Shown piece by piece: positions 1-17,926 of a stretch of 64,000 bases of DNA (position 1 is its first letter; every line of letters starts with the position of its first letter). The notes under the pieces were generated by a model. It searched no databases. It saw only the letters and a program-made list of their open reading frames with translations, and had not been told where the DNA came from. The translations under genes were made by a program, and so were the position numbers. Source of the stretch: Dictyostelium discoideum (Eukaryota); the NCBI GenBank assembly GCA_000004695.1, contig CM000154.2, positions 1-64,000 on the forward strand. The letters run 5' to 3'.

Positions 1-100
1 NNNNNNNNNNNNNNNNNNNNNNNNNNNNNNNNNNNNNNNNNNNNNNNNNNNNNNNNNNNNNNNNNNNNNNNNNNNNNNNNNNNNNNNNNNNNNNNNNNNN

Positions 101-1635
101 TTATCAAAAATGTAATATAAACATCTTTGTGCGACACCTAATAAAATATTATGTAATATGTCTGGTTGTGTTTTTAAATAATTAATGGACAAAGGTTCGA
201 CCCACCCTCTGCCCACACCTTTGATACCAATATCTTTTGCTTTTTTTTCCCATATTTTTTTTAATTCTATATCAGCATTTAATTCAGCATAATTTGGTTT
301 GGTGGAGTGAAAATTTGTAATATCTTCTTGTTTTGTTAATGTACCTGAATGGCAAATAAATAAACCATCTCTTGGTTTGTCACATGTGTGACATGCATAT
401 TCATTTGAATTATGTCCATTAAGTTTACACGATGCTCTAAATTCTGGAATATCCATTGTCAGTCCAAACGGTATAACATCTATTTGTTCATTTTCAATAA
501 TTAAATTAAAGCCATTACCAATAAAAGATGAAAACAATGCCCTAATTGTTTGATGAAAATTAAGTAACCAATCATTTGGTACTACAAATAATAATAATTT
601 ATTATTTTTAAATTCATTTCCAATATAATTTTCTATATCCAGCATTATAGTATAATCTTTCTTGTTTTGACACTGCATACTATCAGTGAATATTCTAAGT
701 AAAACAATTTTATTTTTATTTTTATTTTTTAAATCTTTAAATTGTTGACCACTTTTATAATTTGTATAAATTCCAGTTTCAAAATCTGTATCAAAATCTA
801 TTCTTTCAAAAAATTGCTTTTTATTTAATAAAGTTTCTAATACTTTTTTAATTTCAAAATAAAAAATTGAGTGATCATAATTTTTATTTATAAATGTTTC
901 TCCTTTTATTTGAAAATCTTCCATAAATAATTTATCCATATATTGAGGTGTGTATCTTATTTGATTTAAATTGGTTTTATTTTTGTCAATAAAACTTTTA
1001 AATTTTTCAAGTAGCTTTAAACTTATTGAGTTTTCAATTCCCAACATTAAAAATTCAATTTCAGTCTCATTTAATTTTTTTTTTGATTTTTCATTATCTA
1101 AATTATTATTTAGATTATTATTTATTGGTTCGTTTTGAGCATTTTCATTTTCATTATTTTCATTATTTTCATTATTAATGTTTGCTTCATTTTCATCTAT
1201 TCTAATTTCATTGTTTTCATCTTCACTATGTACCAACCCAATTATATCATGATTTTCTTCATTATCAATTGTTTGATTATTTTCATTATTTTCATTATTT
1301 TCTTGATAAAAAATTTCATCTTGGTTTTGGTTACATAAATGTTTACATGGGTCATCTGGATCATTTGTTGGATATTTTATTTTTTCACCAGTAATATCCA
1401 TTAATTTTTTATAAAAGATATCTCTTTTTTGATTATTTGTAATAATTTTATTTTGTTCATTTTTACATTTTTTGGTGTTGAAATGTCCATTTACATCATA
1501 AAATTGTTTATAAGAACGGTAATATGCAAGACAAAATGGACATATATTTTTATGCATAATATAATGAATAATAATATTTTTAAAATTCTTTAATTTTTCT
1601 CTGCAATTAATGCATGATATGTTATTTAAATTCAT
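101..1635 (-). CDS. Zinc-finger protein: N-terminal C2H2/BED-like fingers (CINCREKLKNFKNIIIHYIMH; CPFC...H), an acidic Asn/Glu-rich linker and a ~350-aa C-terminal domain containing CHTCD...ICH. The 3' end runs off the window. Possibly transposase-derived.
   Basis: ATG at 1635-1633 (minus). I checked codon by codon that the frame is open from 1635 to 101 and continues into the N-run, which is why it is missing from the ORF track. The plus-strand ORF 1135..1338 is its antisense low-complexity frame. Confidence 0.5.
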
Positions 1636-1740
1636 TTTGTTTGTTGGGTGGAAATTAAAAATAACATTTTTTTTTTTTTAATTCGAGTTTTTACGATTTT
1701 TTTTTTTTTTTTTCATTTTATTAAAATTTTAGCAATATAG

Positions 1741-1830
1741 GAAGTCAATATAGGATTTAGCTTTAGATTTATTTATTTAGAGGGATATACCCCATTTTCA
1801 AAAAATGACGGGGAACCTATGACCCTGTCT
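1741..1830. promoter_or_regulatory. GC-richer island 100-200 bp upstream of the 101..1635 gene, with direct repeat caatatagga x2 and a cccc...gggg hairpin.
   Basis: Its composition stands out from the flanking poly-A/T. It carries the gggatatacc 10-mer also seen at 33107. No ORF. Confidence 0.2.
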
Positions 1831-2291
1831 ATACCTTTTTCTTTTTAAAATATTAAAAAAAAAAACTATAAAATTTGCCCCGATTTATTGTAAAACTACA
1901 CTAATGCAATAATATACTTGCACTCGTTAATTGTTTATTAATTATAAAAAATAAAAAATAAAAAATCTTTTTTTATATGTATATGTTTATACTTATAATA
2001 TAAATATGCAAAACAAATAATTAAATTTTTTTTTTTTTTTTTTGATATTTTTCGCTTTTTGAAATGAGAGGTAAAATTTAAAATAACATAATATAAAACC
2101 CAAGGCAACTGAAATACTTATTTATTATTAATTACTAAAAATAATAATATTAGAATTCAATTGCCACTGAAACAAATAAATAAAGAATTAAAATTAATTT
2201 GGTTATCTTTTTAGTTTTTTTTTTTTTTAAATTTTCTTAATTTTTTTTTTTTTTTTTAAATAAATTTGAAATAAATAGTGTAATAATTGAT

Positions 2292-2580
2292 TTGAAATGC
2301 ATTTAAAATGCATTTTAAAAAATGTAATTAATAAAAGCTTAAAAAAGGATTAATAAGTAATTTTAAATTACATTAAAAATAACTTTTTTAAATTTATTAT
2401 AAAGTGATTAAAACAGTAGTTAAAAACCGCTTTATAATAAATTTAAAAGGTCATTTTTAATATAATTTTAAATGACCTTAAAAATATCTATAAAATTACC
2501 TTTTTAAAAAGCGCCATTAAAGCCAATTTAAAGCAAATTTAAATTGAATTTGATTTAAATTGGCTTTAAAGGTGCATTTT
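2292..2580. repeat. Cluster of four unrelated short palindromes/inverted repeats within 300 bp.
   Basis: aaatgcattt aaaatgcattt (self-complementary unit x2) at about 2295-2317. gtaattttaaattac at about 2368-2382. aaggtcattt..(20)..aaatgacctt at about 2450-2489. ttaaagccaatttaaa..(25)..tttaaattggctttaa at about 2518-2574. Confidence 0.6.
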
Positions 2581-3069
2581 TCTTCGCTGTGTAATTCAAT
2601 TATTCACTGATAGGTCCAATATAAAAAAAAAAAAAGGTTTTAAAAAAAAGCATTCTTATCAACTGTTTAATGATAATTATTAGTCAACTCTACTTCTCAC
2701 TCTTAAATTAAATGAAGATCATAATTTTTTTTTTCTACGAGCTCTATTAAATACAATAGGGTTGGATTACCTTGAACTTTGATATCCACAGCTGTAATAC
2801 CTCGAGATCTCCTTAAAAGATTTTATGTCTCCCCCTATTTCCTTTTGAATCTAACTAAAATCACATTTTCTAGGTTCACCCAAATTTATTTTCTCTTTAC
2901 TTTTATTTTCATTACAATATAAATCTTTATCATTTTCTTTTTGTTTTATTGAAACTTTTTCTTTAATGTTTGTACATTAAAAAAAAAATATATATATATA
3001 TAAAAATTATCAATATGGTTATTTGGTTAAAATTAATTTCTCTTTATTATATCATTATTTATTTTATGC

Positions 3070-4182
3070 CTATTTCACTGTAGAAGCTAGAAATTCATTT
3101 AATAAAAATGTTACATAGGAAAAAGGAAAGCTTTTATATAATTTTCTATATCCTTGAGTTTTTACTAAATCTACTGCTATTGAGATTGGATTAGTTAATA
3201 ATAAATTAACAGAATTACCAAGATAACGTTGAGCGAAAAAATAAGAGAATTGAGAACGAACTGTTTCACATGGGAGGAGAGCCAATGTTAATAAAAAGGT
3301 TTTAGCGTATATTGATTTAATTATGAGTGTTGAATTTCTCCAAAATGTTGATTTTGGATTCTCTAATGATTTCGACTCGACATATTCAATTAATTTATTT
3401 ATGGTACCCTTTAAAAGTCTACTTGTAGCATACAATCCAACTGATGAAATAAAAGTGTAGGCTACATTTTTGAAATTGAATTTTCCAGTTACCCCATCTT
3501 GGCAAAGTACAATTTTTTTAATTACTTCCAAAAATGATAATTTGTTGGCAGATTGTATATAACAATCAAGTGGGAACACAACAACAAATGATGAAAAACA
3601 CCATAAAATTTCATCTGTTAATTTACCCATTGTTGAGAATGGATAGGCGAATTTATCCTTCAATATAAAAAGTGGTTGTAGTGATACTGCAATAGTTGAA
3701 GGAACAATAGCTTGTGCTAAAATGATTTTACCTAATGAAAATGCATTATTATTTCTAATGAATGATTGAAGAACTCCTAGTGAATTAGAATGACTTGGTG
3801 TTGAATTTATAACAAGTGAGGCTATTTCAAATGGTGCTGCTAAAGTTCCCATAATTGAGAGTAGGGTATGATTTTTTTGATTTAATGATTTAAAGTATTC
3901 AAGTTCTAAGGTGACCATCTCATCATGTATTTCCCTATCATAATAATCCCTTAATCTTTTATCTGAAATTACTGAATATGCTGCATCTAAACTCTCTGCT
4001 ATTTTTTTATCATTTTCGAAATTACTCCTAACTTGTTCATACGAATGAGCAATTTTATCAATAGTATCTTCTTTTTTAACTCCTAAAAATCTATAAAGTT
4101 CACCACATTGACATTCATGTGTTGCATAAAATATTTTTACTTTATCTTCGTCAGTAATTGGAAAAATTTGGGTATCTTTCAT
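3070..4182 (-). CDS. Membrane protein with an N-terminal J-like domain lacking the HPD motif (ELYRFLGV...AYSVISDKRLRDYYD) and a hydrophobic, probably transmembrane, C-terminal half.
   Basis: 370-aa intact ORF. J-domain helix I/IV consensus is present, but the HPD tripeptide is replaced by NFENDKK. Several hydrophobic segments; PLD and GxxxG-like motifs. Confidence 0.55.
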   Translation of the reverse strand: MKDTQIFPITDEDKVKIFYATHECQCGELYRFLGVKKEDTIDKIAHSYEQVRSNFENDKKIAESLDAAYSVISDKRLRDYYDREIHDEMVTLELEYFKSLNQKNHTLLSIMGTLAAPFEIASLVINSTPSHSNSLGVLQSFIRNNNAFSLGKIILAQAIVPSTIAVSLQPLFILKDKFAYPFSTMGKLTDEILWCFSSFVVVFPLDCYIQSANKLSFLEVIKKIVLCQDGVTGKFNFKNVAYTFISSVGLYATSRLLKGTINKLIEYVESKSLENPKSTFWRNSTLIIKSIYAKTFLLTLALLPCETVRSQFSYFFAQRYLGNSVNLLLTNPISIAVDLVKTQGYRKLYKSFPFSYVTFLLNEFLASTVK

Positions 4183-4812
4183 TTATTTCTTTTTTTTTTT
4201 TTTTTTTTTTTTTGTTTTAAATGATGATAATATTAGTTCTGTTTTATTTTTTTTTTTATTTTTTTTTTTTTTTCAAACGAAAGATTTTTTTTTTTTTTTT
4301 TTGGAAGATATTTTTTTTTTTTTTGAACTTTTTTTTAAAAAAAATTAAAAAACATCATAATTTGTTGTCTAAACCAACAAAAACAAAAAATGAAAACCAG
4401 AAAAAAAAAAGAAAATATCTTTCGTTTGTGTGTTACCAAATTTTTTTTTTTTTCTGATTTTAATTATTTAATTTTTTTTATTTTTCTAATAATTAATTAT
4501 GATAACAAGTACTCAAAATTAATTTTCTTTTAACTTATTTAAATGATTTTATTTTATTTGTTTAGGTTTATTATTTTTTTTTTTTAAAAAATTAAAGGTC
4601 AGATTTTATCAATTTCCTTTTTTTTTATTCATTGAATCTTATTTTAATTCATTTTTCGTTTATTTTTTTAGAATCACTTTAAAAAAAAATTTGAAAATCA
4701 AACAAAAAAAAAAAAAAAAAAAAAAATCAATCAACCTTTAAAAAAATTCCTCTTTTTTAATTAACACGAATTATTTAAATTCTAATTTCTCTATCTCTTT
4801 CATTAAAGCAAT

Positions 4813-4849
<37 letters not shown>

Positions 4850-4921
4850 CATATAAAAAAAAAAATTTTTTTTTAACCCTGTTAAAAAAAAAAAAAAAAA
4901 AAAATAATTTTTTAAAGGGGG

Positions 4922-4958
<37 letters not shown>

Positions 4959-5245
4959 TCTTATACATTCCAAACATACTTTCATAATATCACATAATCA
5001 GAGCCGTTAAAATTATTTCTAATTTTTTTTTTTTTTTGCTCTAAATTTTTTTTTTTTTTTTTTTAATTTCAGACTGAAAAACATTCTGATTTCTCAAATA
5101 ATGTTTTAAAAAAAAAAAAAAATAATAAAAATAATAAAATAAAAAAAAAAATTAATAAAAAGAAACATGTTCTTATTAAAACAATTTAAAAATAATTCTA
5201 AAATGTAAATATGATTCTAGAAATAATTTTATATGTTATCATTGA

Positions 5246-6196
5246 TTGTTATTAACAAAGTTTTTTTTAAAGAACAAAAAAATGATTTTTATAAATAATA
5301 TAAAAAATCGATTTTTTAAAGGTAAAAAATGTAGAATTGCATTTATTGAAGCATTTACAACGATGATATCATGTATATTTTCATTGATACCATATGGATT
5401 TGAATTTAATTTTAGTGTATTAGTATTGATACCAGTTTATGTTATTTTAGCATCATGTTATACCTCATCATATACAAGTTTAACGATTGGAGCAACCATA
5501 TTCTATGGAACATGTGTAGCTAGTTTGTATTGTTATTTAATTGTATTAATAACTAGAGATATCATTTGGATAACTTTTATAACAACATTCCTCTTCTCCT
5601 ATATAATGGCAACCATTCACGTAACAGCAGGTAGAAAATGGATGGGTGGCTTATTCTTTAAAAAAATGTTATTAGATATAATCATAGTACTATATTTTGC
5701 ACCTGGTGGTAAAGAAAACATTCATTCAAATAATTGGCAAAATTTAGTTGGCAGTGGTTTTATATTTTCATCGATGATAATTGGTCATTTCATATCTCCA
5801 ACTTTAGCATCTCGTTTATTCTTTTTTAAAACTTTAAAAACTTTTCATTCAACTAGACTTTATTTTCGTATAATTGGTCATCAATTAAATGAAAAATTAG
5901 ATTTATTTACAAATAATCAACAAAATCAACAAAATCAACAAAATCAACAAAATCAACAAAATAATAATATTTTAAGAATATCGAATAATAGTGAAACAGA
6001 GAATAATAAATTAAAATTACCATTAGCAAGATCTACTTCATTGGAATATTCTCAACAACAACAACAACAACAATTGAAAATAAAACAAACACAGATTATT
6101 TCACCAACAAGTAATGATATATCATCAAGTATGATTATTGATGGTGAATCTTCAACAATTATAGACTTTGATCAAACAAATATTAATTTAAATGAA

Positions 6197-6292
<96 letters not shown>

Positions 6293-6715
6293 TATAATAA
6301 TAATAATAATAATTATAATTTAAAAAATTTATTTAAAAATGAAAAAAAAATTAAAATAAATGAAGAAATTTATTTACAAACCAGTGAAAAAGAAATTCAA
6401 AAAATTGAAATTAAATTTACAAATGAAATTAATAGAATGATAACTATCTTTAATGAATCTAAATCAGAGATTTGGAATAATGATTTAAATTCCAATTATA
6501 ATAAAGTGTTAACTATATTTGAATTATCATTTAAACAATTAGTTTCAATAAAAGAAGCAATAAAAAGTGGTTTTACTCCTTTAGCAAGTCAAGAATTAAT
6601 CAGTCCATTAATTCCATATATTGAATGTTTGGTTGAAGAAGTTTATTTACAAATGGGTTTAATGATTGATATTTTGGAATCAAAGGTACCTGATTTTATA
6701 AAATCAGATACAACT

Positions 6716-6749
<34 letters not shown>

Positions 6750-7912
6750 GTGGTGGTAGTGAATTTATTGTTAAAAATGATAATATAGACATAGTTAGTT
6801 CAATATTATATCAATCATTTGATGAAACTAAAGATTTAGTTGATAGAGTTAAATTAGAATTTAGAGAATCTGTTAATCAATATGAAAAATCTAATAATGA
6901 AACATTAAGTGGAATTGAGGTTTCAAAAGTTTGTTACTTTATACATGGTGTCTTATCATTTGTACTTCAACAACGTCAATTTGGTGATTTATTAATAACC
7001 ATAAAAAGACAACAAATAACACAATTTAAATCATCTTGTAGATATGAATTATTTAAGAATGGTTTACTTTTTATTTTAATTGGTATTCCTTTAAATTTAA
7101 TTAATAAATATAAATCATTTAAAAATATGATTTTAAATTCAAGAAAGAATACAAATGAACCATCATCAGAACCACAAAAAGAAGAAGAACAAAGACAACA
7201 ACAATCAAAAATAAATTTTTTTTTTAATTCTATAATTATTTATTTCTTTAAAAATAATAATAAATGGAGATATCCATTGCAAGTATCAATTGCGTCAATA
7301 ACAGTGACAATTCCATTTCATTATTTCCAAGGCCAACAATATAAAGAATTAGAACTTTATGGTGTTTGGGCATGTGCAACCGTTGTTTTAGTAATGGTAC
7401 CATCATGTGGTGCGACAATTTATAGAGGATTTCTTAGATTTGGTGCAACAATTGTAGGTGCTTTTCTTGGATTTCTTATATCACTTCTTTGTAGTATAAT
7501 ACCAACACCTGGTAAAGAGATTATAATTCTATTATTTATTTTCATATTCGTTTATATGATGTCTTTTATTCAACAAGATCAGAGATATTCTTACGCAGGT
7601 GCAGTTTCTAGTCTAACATTTTTAATTATTGTTCTTGGTCAACATAAATCAAATTCTTTTGATTATATGTATCCCGTTTTAAGAGCCTTTCATATTACAT
7701 TAGGTATAATTTGGGTTATTATCATTGGTTTATTTATATTTCCTTATTTTACATACAAATCTACAAGAATTAAAATTTTTAATATTACAAATTCAATAAC
7801 TGATACATCAATAAATATTATAGAAAAAGGTTTAAGAATGAATGAATTAATTGAAATTAATAATTTAAATTTAAATTTAAATTTAAATAATAATAATAAT
7901 AATAATAATAAC

Positions 7913-7999
<87 letters not shown>

Positions 8000-8716
8000 T
8001 ATTTAAATTATAATAATGAAAAAAAGGAAATAATTGATTTAATTTTAAGTGGTAAAGGTTTTGGTTTACCAAATGATTTAATTAAAATAATAGATAATGA
8101 TGAAAAACTTTTAGCTAAAAATAGAGAATTAAAAAAGAAAGAAATTATTGAATCTATAAGATCAATTAGAATTGATATTGGTCAAATAAAATCCTCATTA
8201 TATGATATCAAATCTGAAATGGTATTTGTTTCACCATTAAAAGTAAATAAATACTCTTCAGTATTTGAAAAGTTGAATGATTGTCTTACAAAGTTAGTTG
8301 TATTAGAAAATTCATTCGATCCAATTTTTTGTGATATCATTATATTATCTACACTTTTTAAAGTTTCAGCGCCATTAAATCAATTCTTTCAGCAATTGAA
8401 TAAATCAAAATCTGAATTTAATCAATTAAAAATTAACAGTGATGATAGTAAACAATGTAATGCTGACTTTTTTTTACAATCTTCATTATCACTCCAATCA
8501 TTTCAAACAAAAATTAATGATGCATATCAATCAATTAGAGTTTATTATCTAAAAGAGAAAATTTTTCACAATTTATATCCAGAAATGATTCAATTTGGAT
8601 CTGGTTTTTTATCAATTCATCATTTCATAAACTCTTATGTCCAACTATTACAAGATTTAAGTTCAATAAGAAAAGAAAAAAGTTATTTTAAATCAATTTT
8701 TAGAATTAAACATTAA
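5246..8716 (+). CDS. Large multi-pass membrane protein with two hydrophobic domains resembling the ArAE/FUSC-ALMT transporter family, interrupted by long poly-Asn/Gln tracts. The likely start is the AAAAATG at 5282.
   Basis: 1156-aa ORF. N-terminal 5-6 TM helices. A second hydrophobic block (WACATVVLVMVPSCGATIYRGFLRFGATIVGAFLGFLISLL...) follows a coiled-coil/low-complexity middle. (AAT)n runs at 6197-6290 and 7885-7995. Confidence 0.45.
6197..6290 (+). repeat. (AAT)n coding microsatellite (poly-Asn) inside the transporter-like gene.
   Basis: About 31 AAT units in frame. Confidence 0.9.
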
Positions 8717-9157
8717 AATAAATAAATAAACAGACAAATAAAGAAAAAAAAAATAAAATAAATAAATAAAAAATAAATAAAAATAAATAAAAATAAATAA
8801 ATAAATAAATATTAATAAAAATAATACATTTATATATATAGTTATAAATTAATATATATTTTTTTTTTTATTTTATTTTTTTTTTTTTTTTAATAAAAAA
8901 TCTTGGTTTTTTGTTTGTTCTTGTTCAAATGAAAAAAAGATATAAAAACAACTTTTAAATGAATAAACAAACAAAAAATTATTTGAAAAAACATTAAAGT
9001 TCTGATGGTGTAACTTCTCTTGTTAATTTGCTTGACCATGGGCAATAAAAGCAACCTATATTTTAAAAAATAAATAAATATTAATTTATATTTAAAAGAA
9101 AATGATGAATAATTTTAATTAATACAAACCAGGAAGGAAAGCTTAAATGATTTTTTT

Positions 9158-9193
<36 letters not shown>

Positions 9194-9426
9194 ATATTAA
9201 TAAAAGAAAAAGTAAATTAAATTAAATTTATATTAATTTTCTTACCTCCACATGCTTCATCAATATGATCTTGAACATAAGAAAGTGAGGCATCACAAAC
9301 TTCAATTGCAATAGTAAAAAATGATATGGTATTCTCATCTAAATGGAAAGAATAATCTTATAAAACGAACAAAAATGGAAAAAAAAATTAATAATTATTT
9401 TTAATTAATAATACTGTAAAAAGTTT

Positions 9427-9518
9427 TATAAATAGGTACTTGGGTTATAAAATGCTTGATTTTTTTTAATTCTTCCTAATACGTGAAGTTTTTCAGTTTC
9501 CTCTAATAAATGTTAATT

Positions 9519-9552
<34 letters not shown>

Positions 9553-9773
9553 AAAATTAATAAATAAAAAAAATTAATAAATAAAAAAATAAATAATAAA
9601 TTTAAAAACTTACTTCCAGATAAAATATCCCTTGCTGTTTGAATTGAATCTTCAGTTGTTAACTTGATAATGAATTCTTTATCTTGATTTGTAGTGAATG
9701 CAAAAAAAGCAGTTTCACATTTTGACAAAGCAAATAATGAAAATAAAAGGACAAATAATAAAATTAATTTCAT
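9427..9773 (-). CDS. Small secreted protein, two-exon model: join(9773..9614, 9502..9426), about 78 aa, with signal peptide MKLILLFVLLFSLFALSKC.
   Basis: ATG at 9773. Canonical donor GTAAGT at 9613-9608 (phase 1). Acceptor tttattag at 9504-9503 keeps the frame to a TAA at 9428-9426. Further open segments at 9246-9360 (…FFTIAIEVCDASLSYVQDHIDEACGG) and 8994-9056 (CFYCPWSSKLTREVTPSEL*) could be extra exons. Confidence 0.35.
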
Positions 9774-10148
9774 TCTTTTTTAAAAAAAAAAAAAAAAAAT
9801 TAAATATATTTAAGAGAAAAAATAGGTTAATGATATAAAAAAAAAAAAAAAAATTATTTTAAATAAAAAAAAAAATATTGAAAAAAAAAAAAAAATAAAA
9901 TATTAAATTATTTTTTATTATTTACCAGTTTGATGTTGGAAATTGTAATATCACCCCTTTTTTTTTTTTTGTTTTTTTTTTTTTTTTATTTTTTTATTTT
10001 TTGTAAAATTGAAGTGTGGTAAAGTTATCTAAAAATAATTTTATTTGAAAGGATAAACCTTTTAAATTAAAAAAAAAAAAAAAAAAAACTTTTTTTTTTT
10101 AAAAAATATTTTTTGAAAAAATATAAATATATTTTATTTATTAATTCT

Positions 10149-15933
<5,785 letters not shown>

Positions 15934-15975
15934 TCTTCTTGTAATAATTGATGATGTTGGTCTTGTTGGTGGTGG

Positions 15976-15976
<1 letters not shown>

Positions 15977-16058
<82 letters not shown>
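15977..16058 (-). repeat. (GAT)n on plus, read (TCA)n on minus: in-frame poly-Ser upstream of the annotated HECT start.
   Basis: 27 GAT units. The minus frame stays open from 16224 to 15934. Confidence 0.8.
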
Positions 16059-16060
<2 letters not shown>

Positions 16061-16079
16061 GCTACTGGTGTATGACTGG

Positions 16080-16110
<31 letters not shown>

Positions 16111-16259
16111 GGTGGTTGAATTACTACTATTTGTTGTTATTTTTTTTCTATTACTAGATATTGGTTTATTTGGTGTTGATTCAGTACTGTTGCTAATTGA
16201 TCTATTTATTATTATTTTAAAAAATTATTTTTTAGTTATTAATTATTTAATTTATATTA

Positions 16260-16291
<32 letters not shown>

Positions 16292-16536
16292 AGTATGGGA
16301 AAAAAAAAAAATTTATATAATATTATATGTGGAAATTAAATTATATGGCATTTATAAAAATATGTAAACATAAAAAAAAATAAATAAAAATAAAAATTGG
16401 TTTAATTTTTATACAAAATTTTATTATTGTTTTGTATTATTAAATTGGGGTGTGTATTTTTTTTATTTTTTTTTTTTGTCAAAAAATTAAGAAAAATAAA
16501 AAAATAAAAAAATAATTTAATATAAAAAAAAAAAAA

Positions 16537-16589
<53 letters not shown>

Positions 16590-16975
16590 AAAAAAAAAAA
16601 AAAAAAAATTTAATTTAAATTTTTAAAGTTGACGATAATAAAGAACAAAACCCAATTCAATTAAAATTTTATTTTTATATGGGTGTGTTTATGTGGTTAT
16701 ATATTTAATTTTTTGGATTTACATTGTGCGAAATTTAAATAAAATGAATAGAAAAAATAAACAAAAATAATAAAAATAAAAATAAATAAAAAAAATTAAA
16801 CAAAACAAAACAAAAAAAAACAAAAATTAATAAAATAAAATAAAAAAAAAAAATTAATAAAATAAAATAAAAAAAAAAAATAAATAAAATAAAATATATT
16901 TTTACTACTTGAATAATATTTATAAAAAATAAAATATAAATCATTTTATTTGAGAGGTTATTATAATTTACTTAC

Positions 16976-17304
16976 ATCTTTTGTTTTTTAGTTCTTTTTG
17001 ATGATTTTTGTTGTTCTTCTTCTATTTGTTTTTGTAATGCCGCTGCTTGGGATCGAGTTTTTGGTGGTGAAATTGGAGTTGTTGTTGGAGTTGTTGTTGG
17101 AGTTGTTGTTGGAGTTGTTGTTGGAGTAGTTGTTGGTGTAGTGGTTGGTGTAGTGGTTGTTGATGTAGTGTTCCCACTACCTTTTTTTGGTTGTTGATTG
17201 ATTATTGACTCTTTATTAATTTCGTTTTCCTTATTTATTGTGGTTGTTGCCGTTGTATTTGATTTGGGAGTTGGTGTTTTACGCTTTTTATTACCAGTAG
17301 ACAT
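16976..17304 (-). CDS. Basic Lys/Thr-rich exon (MSTGNKKRKTPTPKS...TTTP x7...KRTKKQK). Proposed to be the 5' exon of the HECT ligase gene, spliced over a 774-nt intron (16975..16202); otherwise a separate 110-aa gene.
   Basis: The ORF ends in AAG AT|GTAAGT, a canonical donor leaving 2 nt. Acceptor aataaatag at 16203-16202 supplies 1 nt and lands exactly in the HECT frame, which is open from 16201 to the ATG at 15933. Human TRIP12 has a similar basic Ser-rich disordered N-terminus. Confidence 0.4.
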
Positions 17305-17865
17305 ATAACAAAGTATATGTAATTAAACTATTGTTTAAAATAAATTGTGAAATAGTGAAAAAAATTCTCTCTAAATTATTATTTAATTTAATTGCTGCTA
17401 CTGCTGCTGCTGCTGCTAAATTTAATGTTTAAAATATAAAAAATGAAAAAAAAAATATATTTTTTTAATAATGTTGGTTTTTAGTTTTATTTGTTTTCTG
17501 TTGTTGGTTATTTTATGAAAATGAGAGAGTGGGGTTGATAAATAATAAGAAAAAAAAAAAAAAAAAATTAATTTTTTTTTTTTCAAATTATTTTTTTTTT
17601 TTTTTTTTTATTTTAATTTTTTTTTTTTTTTTTGATTTTTTTAATTTATTTTTATACATATATATATAAATCGTTATGAATATATTAAAAAAATAAAAAA
17701 AAATAAAAAAAATAAAATAAATAAATTTTTAGGGTTTAAAAAAGACGAAGTAAATAAAAAAAAAAAAAAATAAAATAAAATAAAAAAAAATTTTATGATA
17801 ATAAAAAAAATAAATAAATAAAATATTAAATAATTATTACAGTTGTTTAAAAAAGAAGAAAGATA

Positions 17866-17896
<31 letters not shown>

Positions 17897-17926
17897 CTAT
17901 TATAATAAAAAAATTTATTTAATCTA

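Noticed and set aside
4183-5245. Small ORFs 4221..4457 and 4803..4985 in the divergent intergenic region.
   Set aside because: They are pure poly-A/poly-T homopolymer translations (poly-Lys/Phe) with no complexity.
16735-16944. ORF MIYILFFINII... between the basic exon and the HECT gene.
   Set aside because: It is a translation of (A/T)-only intronic or intergenic sequence.
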